This document shows, one piece after another, positions 25,667 through 35,528 of a stretch of DNA of 64,000 nt. How positions within the stretch are numbered: position 1 is the stretch's first letter; each line of letters begins with the position of its first letter. A program made the position numbers and the translations under genes. The notes under the pieces were generated by a model, which was not told the origin of the DNA, ran no database searches, and saw nothing but the letters and a program-made list of their open reading frames with translations. The stretch is from a virus. Taxonomy: Duplodnaviria > Caudoviricetes. The stretch spans positions 10,224 through 74,223 of the IMG/VR virus record IMGVR_UViG_3300028888_000116, one strand, 5' to 3'.

Positions 25667-26347
25667 ATGGAAGAAATTATTGAACTTATAAATCGTTTAG
25701 GTGATTTAATAATCCAAAAGAAAGAAGGTTATAAAGCTGAAATCAAAAGATTGGCTGAAGAGTTATCTAATGAGAAATTATATGGCTCTGAAACGATTTC
25801 TCTTTATGAAGATTCTATCAATGAATATAAAGCTCTTGTAGAAGAAAAGAATCATTTAATAACTGAGCTTGAAGAAAGATTGAGCCAGAATAAAAGTCGT
25901 GATACTGATATTATTGAGCTTCAGAAAACTATAGATATTCTCGAAAAGAAAAATGAAGAATCAGAAAAAAAGATTTTAGAAGCGAAAAATAAGATTCAAG
26001 AACTTGAAGCAAAATTAAATGAAGAAGAGCCAAAAAAAGTATCAGAAGATGATACTCTTTATGCTTATAAATTTGGAAGAACTTCAAAAAGAATAATGAC
26101 AAAATGTATTTTATTTTTGGAAAATCTTTTTGATGGCCAGGATTCTGGTGAAATAATTACTCTTAAAAATCCCGAAATTGCAAAAAATAAGTCTGATATA
26201 AATGATAAACAATTTAATGTATTTATGGATAGGCTTACTTCAATGAAAATAAACGGAATCCCGATAATTTATAAAGAAGGTTCAGAATATAAAACAAAAT
26301 TCAAATATGATTATCTTTGCGACTATTTAACTCAAATTATTGCATAA
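25667..26347 (+). CDS. Coiled-coil protein with globular C-terminal domain
   Basis: 226 aa, E/K-rich heptads, AGGAG RBS, coupled to the upstream membrane gene. Confidence 0.75.
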   Translation: MEEIIELINRLGDLIIQKKEGYKAEIKRLAEELSNEKLYGSETISLYEDSINEYKALVEEKNHLITELEERLSQNKSRDTDIIELQKTIDILEKKNEESEKKILEAKNKIQELEAKLNEEEPKKVSEDDTLYAYKFGRTSKRIMTKCILFLENLFDGQDSGEIITLKNPEIAKNKSDINDKQFNVFMDRLTSMKINGIPIIYKEGSEYKTKFKYDYLCDYLTQIIA

Positions 26348-26366
26348 AATCTAACTAGATTTTCAG

Positions 26367-26624
26367 ATGTCAAATGAAATTACTCTGCAAGGGTTTCAAG
26401 TTCTGAAAACCAAAAAGAGGTCCGACGGACAGATGATTTTATTAGTCAATATGAGAAACAATTGTTGGTGTGTTTCTTATTTAAACGAAGAAGGTCATAT
26501 TGTCAATTCAAGATGTTTCTTTTGGAGTGAAAAAGTCAAAAGAGTTGTTCAATTATTCGCCAATAGGGAATTTAAAAAATGGTCTGAAGCCTTAATGCTT
26601 CATAAAGAAGATTCGTTAATATAA
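26367..26624 (+). CDS. Hypothetical protein
   Basis: 85-aa ORF in a same-strand run. Confidence 0.6.
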   Translation: MSNEITLQGFQVLKTKKRSDGQMILLVNMRNNCWCVSYLNEEGHIVNSRCFFWSEKVKRVVQLFANREFKKWSEALMLHKEDSLI

Positions 26625-26647
26625 ATTTTGATTATTGGAGGTATAAT

Positions 26648-26926
26648 ATGAATTCAGAAGAAAGGGAAATGAAAGACCCTGAGTTGATTGTAAAATCAGC
26701 GAATGAGGCTATCAAGGCTCTTGATGATATTCAGAAACAGATGCATAAAGAAGTTCCAATGTCGGAATATGTAAAGATTTTGATATGGGAAAAAGGAAAT
26801 TTGTTTGATATTCAGCACTATGAATTGATGAAAAATATCCAGCAGGATAAAAATGATGGTTGGGAAATTGAATCACATACAATCTTTGCTGAAGATTTTG
26901 ATTCTTATCGTAATGCTTTCAACTAA
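26648..26926 (+). CDS. Hypothetical protein
   Basis: 92 aa, GGAGG RBS. Confidence 0.7.
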   Translation: MNSEEREMKDPELIVKSANEAIKALDDIQKQMHKEVPMSEYVKILIWEKGNLFDIQHYELMKNIQQDKNDGWEIESHTIFAEDFDSYRNAFN

Positions 26927-26980
26927 TAGTTAATATACTAGATAATTATAAATCAGATTAAGAATTTACCAAAGGCTACT

Positions 26981-27009
26981 TGGACTTTCTGAAATGATTT
27001 TGCTATAAT
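26981..27009 (+). promoter_or_regulatory. Host sigma70-type promoter with extended -10
   Basis: TGGACT-N17-TATAAT with TG at the extended position (TGCTATAAT, 27001-27009), upstream of Hsp20. Confidence 0.55.
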
Positions 27010-27066
27010 AGAGACTTTAAGCAATATCTTTTAGAATTAGCTTAATTTACTCAAGGAGAAAAAATT

Positions 27067-27663
27067 ATGGCAGGAAAATACTATCATTATTCTAATGTAA
27101 ACGGTAACGTTACAGAAGATTCTGGCACATTTGAAAATGACATCTCATTCGCAGATGTTATGGATTCAATGTTTAATTCAACTTTTGATTTTTTCAAATC
27201 ACCACTTTTAATCGACTACACAAAGAAAGCTCCAGTTAGATTCATTAAATCTGAATCAAGCTCAGCATTCCCACCTCATTCAAAATGGATTACATCAGAT
27301 AAGGTTTTGCATTATCAAATTGGTCTTTGCGGAATTTCTGAAAAGGATGTAAAGGTTGACGTAGATGATAACAAAATCATTATCAAAATCAAAAAGGATG
27401 TCGACGAAGAAGAAAGAGTATACTCTTATAAAGGACTCAAACTCCCAACAGATGAAACTCTTGAATTGAAATTCGACCCAAAATTCTATGATGTAAATAC
27501 TACAAAGATTTCATTGAATAATGGATTACTCTCTATTGATATGCAACCAAGAGACGAGCTCAAACCCGTAAAAATGAATCTTTTTGGTAAACTTAAAATA
27601 GAAGATAATTCTTCAAAAGCCATTGAAGATAAAACTGAAAAGAGCGAAGAGAAATCTGAGTAA
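27067..27663 (+). CDS. Small heat-shock protein (Hsp20/alpha-crystallin)
   Basis: YQIGLCGISEKDVKVDVDDNKIII...ISLNNGLLSIDM alpha-crystallin pattern. AAGGAG RBS. Confidence 0.85.
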   Translation: MAGKYYHYSNVNGNVTEDSGTFENDISFADVMDSMFNSTFDFFKSPLLIDYTKKAPVRFIKSESSSAFPPHSKWITSDKVLHYQIGLCGISEKDVKVDVDDNKIIIKIKKDVDEEERVYSYKGLKLPTDETLELKFDPKFYDVNTTKISLNNGLLSIDMQPRDELKPVKMNLFGKLKIEDNSSKAIEDKTEKSEEKSE

Positions 27664-27708
27664 TTTAAAGTTGGAGGTTTTTTGATAAATCAGTAGCCGA
27701 TTTATTAT

Positions 27709-27738
27709 AAAAAAAGCCAGGATTTAATCCTGGCTTTT
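27709..27738. terminator. Bidirectional terminator
   Basis: AAAAGCCAGGA-tttaa-TCCTGGCTTTT between convergent genes. Confidence 0.85.
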
Positions 27739-27754
27739 ATTTTTTAATTAAAGA

Positions 27755-28192
27755 TTAATCTCTTTCGTCATATCCTTTACTAAAGAAAAGTTTATTATTT
27801 TCAATTTTATCCAACTCTAAATAAAATTCGTCATATCCTGTTCCATTTTCTTCTTCTTCTTTTATACTTTTAAGAATATTTTTTAATTCAGAAAAAGAAA
27901 CTTTTCTGTCGTCATAAAATAATTCAATGTCTACTGGATAGCCAGGTGCCTTGAAATTATCTAAATCAATATGGCCATCATTTTCACATACTCCAAAGAA
28001 TAAATCACGGCCATTAATAGAATCAAGATATATCTTTGGCATTGGATAATATCCGTCCCATTCGTTTTCTTTATAAGACTCAATTTTATTAACTAATACC
28101 CCTAAATCAGCTAGATTAATTGGATACTTAGTTTCCCAAATAAATAGATTTACTGAATCTCTTGATGATTCATAAATTCTTTTAAAATCCAT
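27755..28192 (-). CDS. Hypothetical protein (putative internal head protein)
   Basis: 145 aa, AAGGAG RBS, starts MDFKRIYE/S. Confidence 0.7.
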   Translation of the reverse strand: MDFKRIYESSRDSVNLFIWETKYPINLADLGVLVNKIESYKENEWDGYYPMPKIYLDSINGRDLFFGVCENDGHIDLDNFKAPGYPVDIELFYDDRKVSFSELKNILKSIKEEEENGTGYDEFYLELDKIENNKLFFSKGYDERD

Positions 28193-28203
28193 TTTAAACT
28201 CCT

Positions 28204-29019
28204 TTACCTTTCAAATACTATTTTACTATCAATGTAGTTTGTATATATTCCACCTTGCTTTATATTAAAAACTTTAAGGCAAGTTAAAATATTATCATCA
28301 TCATTTTTATTTGTTTCATTTACAATATTTTTAATTACTTCTTCACTTGGGAATTCTTTAAACTTAACAGCATCATATAAATAAGGCTCCCAACAAGGAA
28401 AAGAATCATAACCCATTCCACTTTCTCCATAATAAAGATTATATTTTTCTCCATTATGCTCAAAAGTTCCTCTTATTACAAATTTATTCTGAGCAAATAT
28501 CCACTCATTTAAAACTCTTTTAAATGATTCTTCTATTCTTTTTTGAGTTATCTTTTTAGATTCATAAAGACTTCTTTCCGCACATTCTAAATCAAATGTA
28601 TCACTTTCATATTTAAATAGTTTTTCATTATCACAATTCATAAGATATTCTCTATCTTTTTCTTGCCAATTATTATAAGGACTTTCAATAAGCCAATCAA
28701 CTACTTCTTTTATTTCATCTCCAAAATAAGTCCTGCTTTCATTTAATCTAGCTTTGAGGTAATCAATAACTTCTGGTATTGTTTCAAAGAATCTAGTTGA
28801 CCAAGTCCAATTATCGCCTTTGGTAATTCTTCTATTTACTATAAATTCACCCTTATGTTTGCCTTCTTCTCCATATTGAATAACAAATCTTTTTGGATTA
28901 TTTATATCAACTAAAAAATCTCCAGCATCGTCAGAATATTTCTGCTCAGTTTCAAATGGCAACATATCTTTAAGTATTTCAAGATAACTTTTTTGTTCTT
29001 TTGATTCTTTTAAAAGCAT
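28204..29019 (-). CDS. Hypothetical protein (putative internal head protein)
   Basis: 271 aa with LKE/S, LNE/S, LYE/S and IEE/S sites. ACTAGATA at 29049-29042, GAGG RBS. Confidence 0.7.
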   Translation of the reverse strand: MLLKESKEQKSYLEILKDMLPFETEQKYSDDAGDFLVDINNPKRFVIQYGEEGKHKGEFIVNRRITKGDNWTWSTRFFETIPEVIDYLKARLNESRTYFGDEIKEVVDWLIESPYNNWQEKDREYLMNCDNEKLFKYESDTFDLECAERSLYESKKITQKRIEESFKRVLNEWIFAQNKFVIRGTFEHNGEKYNLYYGESGMGYDSFPCWEPYLYDAVKFKEFPSEEVIKNIVNETNKNDDDNILTCLKVFNIKQGGIYTNYIDSKIVFER

Positions 29020-29044
29020 ATATACCTCATAATTTATATTTTAT

Positions 29045-29515
29045 CTAGTTATCATAATATTCAATCGCTTCTTCTATATTATTAAAACCAATTATATCTT
29101 TTTTCTTTATACAAGATAATTGTACTCCATAATCCTTAAAAATATTTTTATTTAAAAGTAAAAAATCTAATAATTCTTTTTTATCTATATATAAATATTC
29201 TATACAGATAATTCTTCGTTTAATAATATCTTCTGAGTTATTTTCCATTTCAAAAACTTCTTTTATTTTATAATTACCTTTTTTAAAAGCGAGATATATA
29301 AGCTCTTCTTCTTTTTCATCATAATTACCTATTTCATTACAATCATAAAGTGACTTTATATTCCATTTTTTATGCCAACTATCGAGCTCTTCTTCAGTAA
29401 TTCCAAAATCTTTATAATTATTATATAAAACCATAATATGATTCGAGTCAACATATAATAATTTACTCATTTTTGGAATATACCACCATCCATCACTTCT
29501 TGGTAAATGTGCCAT
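29045..29515 (-). CDS. Hypothetical protein
   Basis: 156 aa, AAGGA RBS. Confidence 0.7.
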   Translation of the reverse strand: MAHLPRSDGWWYIPKMSKLLYVDSNHIMVLYNNYKDFGITEEELDSWHKKWNIKSLYDCNEIGNYDEKEEELIYLAFKKGNYKIKEVFEMENNSEDIIKRRIICIEYLYIDKKELLDFLLLNKNIFKDYGVQLSCIKKKDIIGFNNIEEAIEYYDN

Positions 29516-29520
29516 AATAA

Positions 29521-30255
29521 TTATTCCTTTTCAATATCATCAATAACTTTTTTGAATGATTTTTTAGCTCTGTCATTTATCATAATATCATACATTTTTT
29601 TAAATTCTGATAAATGCTCTTTAAATAAATAAAATTTTTTATAATTCCATTGATAAATGCATTGAGTATCAACTCTATACTTATGGGCAAAATATGTAAA
29701 GCTTCTAAATAAAAAGTAATCTTCAAAAACAAAGAAATTTTCAGTATATGGAATCGCATCATAACATTTTTGAAGAGTTTTACGATTGAATAGTCTACTC
29801 CAATTTCCACCTGGAGCTAATTCTTGATTAATAAATCCTACATTAGAATCTTTTGATGGGTCAACTCTATAAGTTCTATTTCTTAAAATATTTCTTCTGC
29901 CAACTTCTTTATTTTCAGGTATATTAAATAATTTGAAATTATAGATAATAATATCATCATCAGGCTCGTGATTAAATTTAAAATCAAAAAGCTCATCATC
30001 TATGTCAACAAACCATACAAAATCATTATTTGTATGATTAAATCCATATCGACGAGCTTCAAATAAGCCAATATGCTTTTCAGGTATGAGATAATTATAA
30101 CTTGCTAATTTTTCAGATAAATCTAAACTTTTATCAATTCTATCATCTACTAGAGTGAGCCTATAATCAAAAGTTAATTTCTTAATCTTTTTTTCTAAAA
30201 ACTCATCTAGTAAATTAAAATCTTTATCACAAAAGCAAACTATAATATCAATCAT
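29521..30255 (-). CDS. Glycosyltransferase family 2
   Basis: GLFEARRYG, FVWFVDIDD (DxD), NWSRLF and FEDY motifs. ACTAATTA 5 nt before the ATG. Confidence 0.8.
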   Translation of the reverse strand: MIDIIVCFCDKDFNLLDEFLEKKIKKLTFDYRLTLVDDRIDKSLDLSEKLASYNYLIPEKHIGLFEARRYGFNHTNNDFVWFVDIDDELFDFKFNHEPDDDIIIYNFKLFNIPENKEVGRRNILRNRTYRVDPSKDSNVGFINQELAPGGNWSRLFNRKTLQKCYDAIPYTENFFVFEDYFLFRSFTYFAHKYRVDTQCIYQWNYKKFYLFKEHLSEFKKMYDIMINDRAKKSFKKVIDDIEKE

Positions 30256-30263
30256 AATATTAA

Positions 30264-31076
30264 TTAGTTAGCTTCAGGGTCGCCTAAATCTCTAATTAAG
30301 ATAATAGTATCATCACCAAGGAAGTATTCTTTTGAATCATATTCTGTAAAATCAGATATATAAGTACCTTTTCCAGCGATTCTATATCCACATTCAGAAT
30401 CTGCACTACCAAAGTCTTCTCCATAGATGAATATATTATCATAATTAATATTTGGTAAATGTTGATTTTTATATTCAGCGAGAGTTGTTCCAAGTGGTAC
30501 AGTTACTGACTCTGTTATACCATTCAAACCATCTCCATATAATGAGTACCAAGGACTAAGACTATAATCATTCCAATCAGTAGTCTCTTCACCGTTTTCT
30601 TCTTCTCCAGTCTGCTCATTAGTTATTTTTTCATAAGTTCTATCTGTTGCATTTTCTTTTGTCAAATAAGCAATCTTAAAAGTAACTTGGCCATCTTCTT
30701 GTCTATCCAAGCCATCAATAATATTTTCTGTTTCTTTATCAATTTCTTCAGCTGAATACTCATCATTTTCATTATCATAAGAAATATTAAAATCACTTGA
30801 ATGGCTTGAAACAATTGCTCTAACTTTAGCTCTACCAGCAGCTTGTGGGTCAACTGGAGGTTCTGGTTCTTTTTCTCCGCCTTCTCCATTATCAATAGTT
30901 CCAGCAATAACTGCGAAATCTGGTGCTGGGAATCCTGTAGCATTGGCAGCAGCAGCCTCATTCATCTTTGCTTCAACTTCTTCTATTGTAAGACCAGTTT
31001 CTTCTGATATAATTTCCTTTACATCTTTTGATGGGAATTTAGACAATTCCTCGTCTATTTTTTCTGTAAGTGTCAT
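30264..31076 (-). CDS. Acidic late protein, probably a virion component
   Basis: 270 aa, AGGAG RBS, ACTAAATA at 31114-31107, KMNE/A site near the N-terminus. Confidence 0.7.
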   Translation of the reverse strand: MTLTEKIDEELSKFPSKDVKEIISEETGLTIEEVEAKMNEAAAANATGFPAPDFAVIAGTIDNGEGGEKEPEPPVDPQAAGRAKVRAIVSSHSSDFNISYDNENDEYSAEEIDKETENIIDGLDRQEDGQVTFKIAYLTKENATDRTYEKITNEQTGEEENGEETTDWNDYSLSPWYSLYGDGLNGITESVTVPLGTTLAEYKNQHLPNINYDNIFIYGEDFGSADSECGYRIAGKGTYISDFTEYDSKEYFLGDDTIILIRDLGDPEAN

Positions 31077-31175
31077 TTACAAACTCCTATAAAAATTTTT
31101 ATAATCTATTTAGTTCATTATATGGTACTAGATATTTATAATTAACTAAATAGATATTCTGAAACGAGGATAATA

Positions 31176-32381
31176 ATGGAATACCAGAACGGACAATTCA
31201 TATCAGCATATACAAAAAAAGATACCCTTTTTGAAGGCAAAGTTTACACAAGATTAGATGGCATTAAGGTAGTATTAAATGAAGAAAAAAGATGGCTACC
31301 TATTAATGAATTAACTAATATTAGAGTTATTCAAGAAGCCGACGAAGATGAGCAAGATATTCAATCTTTAGTCGACACTGATATTGGAAAATGTGATATT
31401 GATAAATTATCTGCACTTGATGATATGACTCTTAATAAAGTTGGAGATAATAGAGAAAACGAATTAGTAAAATCTGGTGTCAAAATTAAAAAAGGTGATT
31501 ATTCTACAAGGTTTTCAAATACAGTAAAAGCAAATTCATTAGCAAAAGATGCTAAAAATGGTAATATTTCAGTAAGTACAGCTCTTGAAAAATATAAACA
31601 ATCAAAGGATATTGACATCGATATGAGAATTAAGAATACATTAAAAGAAAGTTTTGAAGATGATGATTTACTTGATGATTTTGGTGTAGCTGATTACGAA
31701 GATAGTTTTTCAGATGATGATGATTCAGTAACATTTGATGATTTCGACGATGATTTCAATGATTACGATGATTCCTATGATGAAGATATTGATGATGTAA
31801 TCGTTGATAAGCAAGAAGATGATGTTTTATTTGATACTTTCAGTGAATCAAAAATGAAAGAAGGTTGGACAGATTCTTGTGGTAGACATCACGATGAAAA
31901 ATATAAAGACCAATTCGGTATTGAACATAATGGTACTGAAGTTGGAGATGTTTGGGACAAAGAAGAAAAAGAAGAAAAAGAAAAAATTGAAGAAGCTGTA
32001 GATAAAGAGTTTGAAGAAGCATTTAATGATTTTGAAGAAAACGTTGTAAGATATGATGTTTCTAAACTTTATGAAGTACTCTGTGCAAGATTTGGATACG
32101 AGCCAGAAAAGAATATTACGGATTTTGAAGAAGCAATTTTTAATCTTGAAGAAGCAGAAGTAAATAATAGATTAAAGGAACTTCAGAAAACAGCTGATGG
32201 AAGATATACTGGAGATGATAGAGATTTACAGCAGCTTTATGATATTGAAATTAATGGAAGAACATTTGATACAAATCCACAATTAGTTGGATTACAAGCA
32301 AATACTGCTAAGCAGACTTTAAATAATCTTAAAAAGCAGCATCCAAATTATAATATTAGGATTATTCAACACATAGATTAA
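31176..32381 (+). CDS. Highly acidic late protein (scaffold/internal head-like)
   Basis: 401 aa with Asp-rich tracts and many [LIFM]xE[SAG] sites. ACTAAATA at 31145-31152, GAGGA RBS. Confidence 0.7.
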   Translation: MEYQNGQFISAYTKKDTLFEGKVYTRLDGIKVVLNEEKRWLPINELTNIRVIQEADEDEQDIQSLVDTDIGKCDIDKLSALDDMTLNKVGDNRENELVKSGVKIKKGDYSTRFSNTVKANSLAKDAKNGNISVSTALEKYKQSKDIDIDMRIKNTLKESFEDDDLLDDFGVADYEDSFSDDDDSVTFDDFDDDFNDYDDSYDEDIDDVIVDKQEDDVLFDTFSESKMKEGWTDSCGRHHDEKYKDQFGIEHNGTEVGDVWDKEEKEEKEKIEEAVDKEFEEAFNDFEENVVRYDVSKLYEVLCARFGYEPEKNITDFEEAIFNLEEAEVNNRLKELQKTADGRYTGDDRDLQQLYDIEINGRTFDTNPQLVGLQANTAKQTLNNLKKQHPNYNIRIIQHID

Positions 32382-32838
32382 GGTAAGAATCCAAATAATC
32401 ATTGACCTTACCAAGATTCATAAACCCAAGGTGTTCATAAAAACCTTGGGCCTTTTTATTTTGAGGCTGACAATAAAGAGTTATATCATATTTTTTCTGA
32501 TTAATTTGATTCATTAATTTCTTGCCATATCCTTTGTTTCGGAATGACTTCTTTACGTAGATGAAATTAACGTGGCAATAACTTCTAAATTTTTCAATAT
32601 TTTCAGAATTGTTTTCGGTATAATTGATGAATCCGATACATTTATTTCTTTTTACAATCATTACAGTTTTTTCATTTTCCGCAAGATTTAAAAGAGTTTC
32701 ATAAGTTGTATCGCTTAAATCTATCAGATTGAATTTCTGACATTCATCAAAGTATTTTGAGAACTCTTTCTTGAAAGATTCAAGAAGTTTTTCATTTTTA
32801 AGGATTTCGTCTGTCTTATAAATGAATTTAATTCCCAT
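32362..32838 (-). CDS. GNAT-family acetyltransferase
   Basis: IYVKKSFRNKGYGKKLM (motif A) and N..AQGFYEHLGF (motif B). Confidence 0.85.
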   Translation of the reverse strand: MGIKFIYKTDEILKNEKLLESFKKEFSKYFDECQKFNLIDLSDTTYETLLNLAENEKTVMIVKRNKCIGFINYTENNSENIEKFRSYCHVNFIYVKKSFRNKGYGKKLMNQINQKKYDITLYCQPQNKKAQGFYEHLGFMNLGKVNDYLDSYLNLCVE

Positions 32839-32872
32839 ATTTATAATATAATGAATTTCTTAAAAAAGTTAG
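32839..32872 (-). promoter_or_regulatory. Class E promoter abutting the GNAT start codon
   Basis: TAACTT (32871-32866)-N17-TATTAT (32848-32843)-AAAT-ATG, with no Shine-Dalgarno. Confidence 0.65.
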
Positions 32873-32876
32873 AAAT

Positions 32877-33596
32877 TTATAGAGAAATTCCGATATTTAT
32901 ATTTCCAGTTGTAGTATCAATTTTGATATTTCTAATATTAATGCCTGGTACAACTTTTACTGTATTATAAATATAATTTTGGTCGTGAATAATTGAAGCT
33001 GGGTCAATATCATTTCCAATAAAAGAGTCAATATGATAAACTAAATCCAAGTCAATTTTTCCGTTTGTTTCAACTGCGTTACACTCAAGTCTTCTATATG
33101 TTCCCGAGTTTCCAGTACCTTCAATAAATGCTTTTTCAATTAAAGGAAGAATAGTATTATTCATAACTTTTGCTTTCGCTTCAACTGCTGGAGACATCTG
33201 TCCAACTGAGAATTCACCCTTTTCAAATTTAATTTTACATTCACCTTCTTTTGGAGTGATATTGTCAGGAGCAACAAGGTTTGAGTCCTTTTGTATACCT
33301 TCTGAATTTCCAGTTATAGGATTCTGAAGTGAAGAAGGTTTAAAATTATCTTCCGTTGATTGAGCATTTAAAGGAGCGGTTGAGAAATTTTCTTTTGAAG
33401 TATCAGATTTTTCTTCTGCTGGATTTTTCTCATCTGTATCATCATTTTCCGCTTCTATCTGTTCTTCAGCTTGCTCAACCTTTTCTTGTTGCTTCTTTTC
33501 TTCATCTTCATCTTGATTTGGCTGCTGAGTATCGGCTTCATTTAATCTATAATAATTAAGGTTTTCACCAAGTCTTTTAATATCTTCAATTTTCAT
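32877..33596 (-). CDS. Acidic late protein (putative internal head protein)
   Basis: Start moved from 33617 to ATG 33596, 4 nt after ACTAAATA (33608-33601). Contains RLNE/A. Confidence 0.7.
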   Translation of the reverse strand: MKIEDIKRLGENLNYYRLNEADTQQPNQDEDEEKKQQEKVEQAEEQIEAENDDTDEKNPAEEKSDTSKENFSTAPLNAQSTEDNFKPSSLQNPITGNSEGIQKDSNLVAPDNITPKEGECKIKFEKGEFSVGQMSPAVEAKAKVMNNTILPLIEKAFIEGTGNSGTYRRLECNAVETNGKIDLDLVYHIDSFIGNDIDPASIIHDQNYIYNTVKVVPGINIRNIKIDTTTGNINIGISL

Positions 33597-33633
33597 AAAA
33601 TATTTAGTATATAGCATAGTTAATCTTATTTAT

Positions 33634-34104
33634 ATGAACGAAAATGAAAGAGTAAATCACCCATCACATTATGAAAAAGGAAATGGACATACCGAATGTA
33701 TATATCTTTTATCAATTTTAGCTGAAAGATTTTCTGGTATTTATGCTGGACTCGTTATGCAAGCGAAATATCTTTATAGAGCTGGGTCAAAAAGTGAAGA
33801 AGGTATTGGAATAATTGAAAAATCAATAGAAGATATTAAAAAGTTTAAATTCTATTGGGGTAAAATGTGTGAAAATAAAATAGAATGTATGAAGTCAATG
33901 AAACCAAGATTTAATCCTTTAATGGAAAAAGTTTTGATAGAAAAATTGGTAAATGAATTTACTTTTGATAAGCCAGAATGGGAAAAAGTTTATTATGAAA
34001 ATATTATTACGAATATCATAACTCTTGAACTCCCAAACCAAATTGATAACGTAATGGATAATATTAAAATCTTAATTGATAAATTATCAGATACTTTAAA
34101 GTAG
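33634..34104 (+). CDS. DUF3310-like protein
   Basis: ERVNHPSHY...KYLYRAGSK...EDIKK pattern. Confidence 0.7.
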   Translation: MNENERVNHPSHYEKGNGHTECIYLLSILAERFSGIYAGLVMQAKYLYRAGSKSEEGIGIIEKSIEDIKKFKFYWGKMCENKIECMKSMKPRFNPLMEKVLIEKLVNEFTFDKPEWEKVYYENIITNIITLELPNQIDNVMDNIKILIDKLSDTLK

Positions 34105-34119
34105 CAAAGGAGTATAAAA

Positions 34120-34893
34120 ATGTCAAAGAAAGAATCACTCGGCGATTTAATTAAAGGGTATGAAGCAAATTATAATTTTACTCTTCCAAAAAGAACACCG
34201 ATTATTGTAAGGATTGACGGAAGAGCAATGCATACCTTTACAAAAGGATTTGAAAAGCCTTATGATGAAATTTTCATACAATCTATGCAAAAAACTATGT
34301 TATCTATTTGTGAAGCAATCCAAGGTTGTCAATTCGGATATGTAGAATCTGATGAAATCAGTATCTTAATTTGGGAAACAAATAATGAAGCTGACCCTTG
34401 GTTTTCAAATAGACTTCAAAAAATTTGTTCTATGACTTCATCAATGGCAACTTTATATTTTAATAGATATTTTATTGAAGCTTTAAGTTCTTATTCAGAA
34501 ACTGAAAAGCCGAATCATTATAAAGCTATTAAAGATGGGGCAACTTTTGATTCAAGAGTTTTCATTATTCCTGAGTCTGTAATTAATCCATATTTTGTTT
34601 GGAGACAAAACGATTGTACAAGAAACTCTATTTTAGGATTATCACAAAAATATTTTTCTCATAAACAGATTCACGGTATGAAGTGTGATGAGCTTCAAAA
34701 CAAACTTCTTACTGAAAAAAATATAAATTGGAATGATGAGCCGACTGTTAATAAAAGGGGAACTTGCGCTTATAAAATAGTTGATGATATAGATAAGCAA
34801 AGTCATATATGGATTCTTGATTTAAATATGCCAATTTTGAATGAAGAAAAAGAATTTGTTTATAGTAAAATTATTTTCCCACCTGAAGATTAA
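34120..34893 (+). CDS. thg1: tRNA(His) guanylyltransferase Thg1-like (3'-5' polymerase)
   Basis: IVRIDGRAMHTFT, GYVESDEISI, RLQKICS, FDSRVF and YFVWRQNDC.RNS motifs. AAGGAG RBS. Confidence 0.9.
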   Translation: MSKKESLGDLIKGYEANYNFTLPKRTPIIVRIDGRAMHTFTKGFEKPYDEIFIQSMQKTMLSICEAIQGCQFGYVESDEISILIWETNNEADPWFSNRLQKICSMTSSMATLYFNRYFIEALSSYSETEKPNHYKAIKDGATFDSRVFIIPESVINPYFVWRQNDCTRNSILGLSQKYFSHKQIHGMKCDELQNKLLTEKNINWNDEPTVNKRGTCAYKIVDDIDKQSHIWILDLNMPILNEEKEFVYSKIIFPPED

Positions 34894-34933
34894 CTTTTTA
34901 TAAAATTTCCTTTATATTATAAATATAAAGGAG
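34891..34933 (+). promoter_or_regulatory. Class E promoter plus RBS
   Basis: TAACTT (34891-34896)-N18-TATTAT (34915-34920)-AAATATAAAGGAG. Confidence 0.7.
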
Positions 34934-34941
34934 CCAATTTT

Positions 34942-35277
34942 ATGGCAATAGAACAAAATTTTGAAAGAACCATAACGCAAACTATCCCGACAATTAAATT
35001 TGAAAATATAAATGATACTGAAGCTATTACTCTTTTTATTATAAAATATGGTGGAAAAGTTGAACAAGTAGACTTTAGACCAAAAGATGAAAACTTCGTT
35101 GAATTTTATGGGTGGCATAAAGATGAAATTGCTTCTTGGAGAATTTTTGAACCAAATAGTAGCAGTTATGTATATCGGCTGATGTTGAAACCAGGTGATG
35201 TTGTTGCTTATAAAAATAATAAATTTGAAATTGCATATATTGAGAATCTTGAATCTCTTGGATTTAAGGAGGTATAG
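34942..35277 (+). CDS. Hypothetical protein
   Basis: 111 aa, directly after the promoter/RBS. Confidence 0.75.
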   Translation: MAIEQNFERTITQTIPTIKFENINDTEAITLFIIKYGGKVEQVDFRPKDENFVEFYGWHKDEIASWRIFEPNSSSYVYRLMLKPGDVVAYKNNKFEIAYIENLESLGFKEV

Positions 35278-35285
35278 TAGAGCAA

Positions 35286-35528
35286 ATGACAGATAAAATA
35301 AGAAACCTTCTTGAAGATGTTCAAACCGTTTATGAAGGTAAAGGAATGGTGGTACACCCTAATTCTTTTGATAAACTTAGAACGGAAATTATAAAGTTGG
35401 ATAACATAAATAATCAGCAAAATGAGCAAATAAAGATGATGAAAAATTGTTATAATTGTGCAGGATATTATACAAAACAATGCCTTGGCTGTGAAAATTA
35501 TTCTAATTGGGAGTTAAAGGAAGAATGA
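35286..35528 (+). CDS. Hypothetical protein with C-terminal CxxC...C..C
   Basis: 80 aa, AAGGAGG RBS, KMMKNCYNC...CLGC. Confidence 0.7.
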   Translation: MTDKIRNLLEDVQTVYEGKGMVVHPNSFDKLRTEIIKLDNINNQQNEQIKMMKNCYNCAGYYTKQCLGCENYSNWELKEE

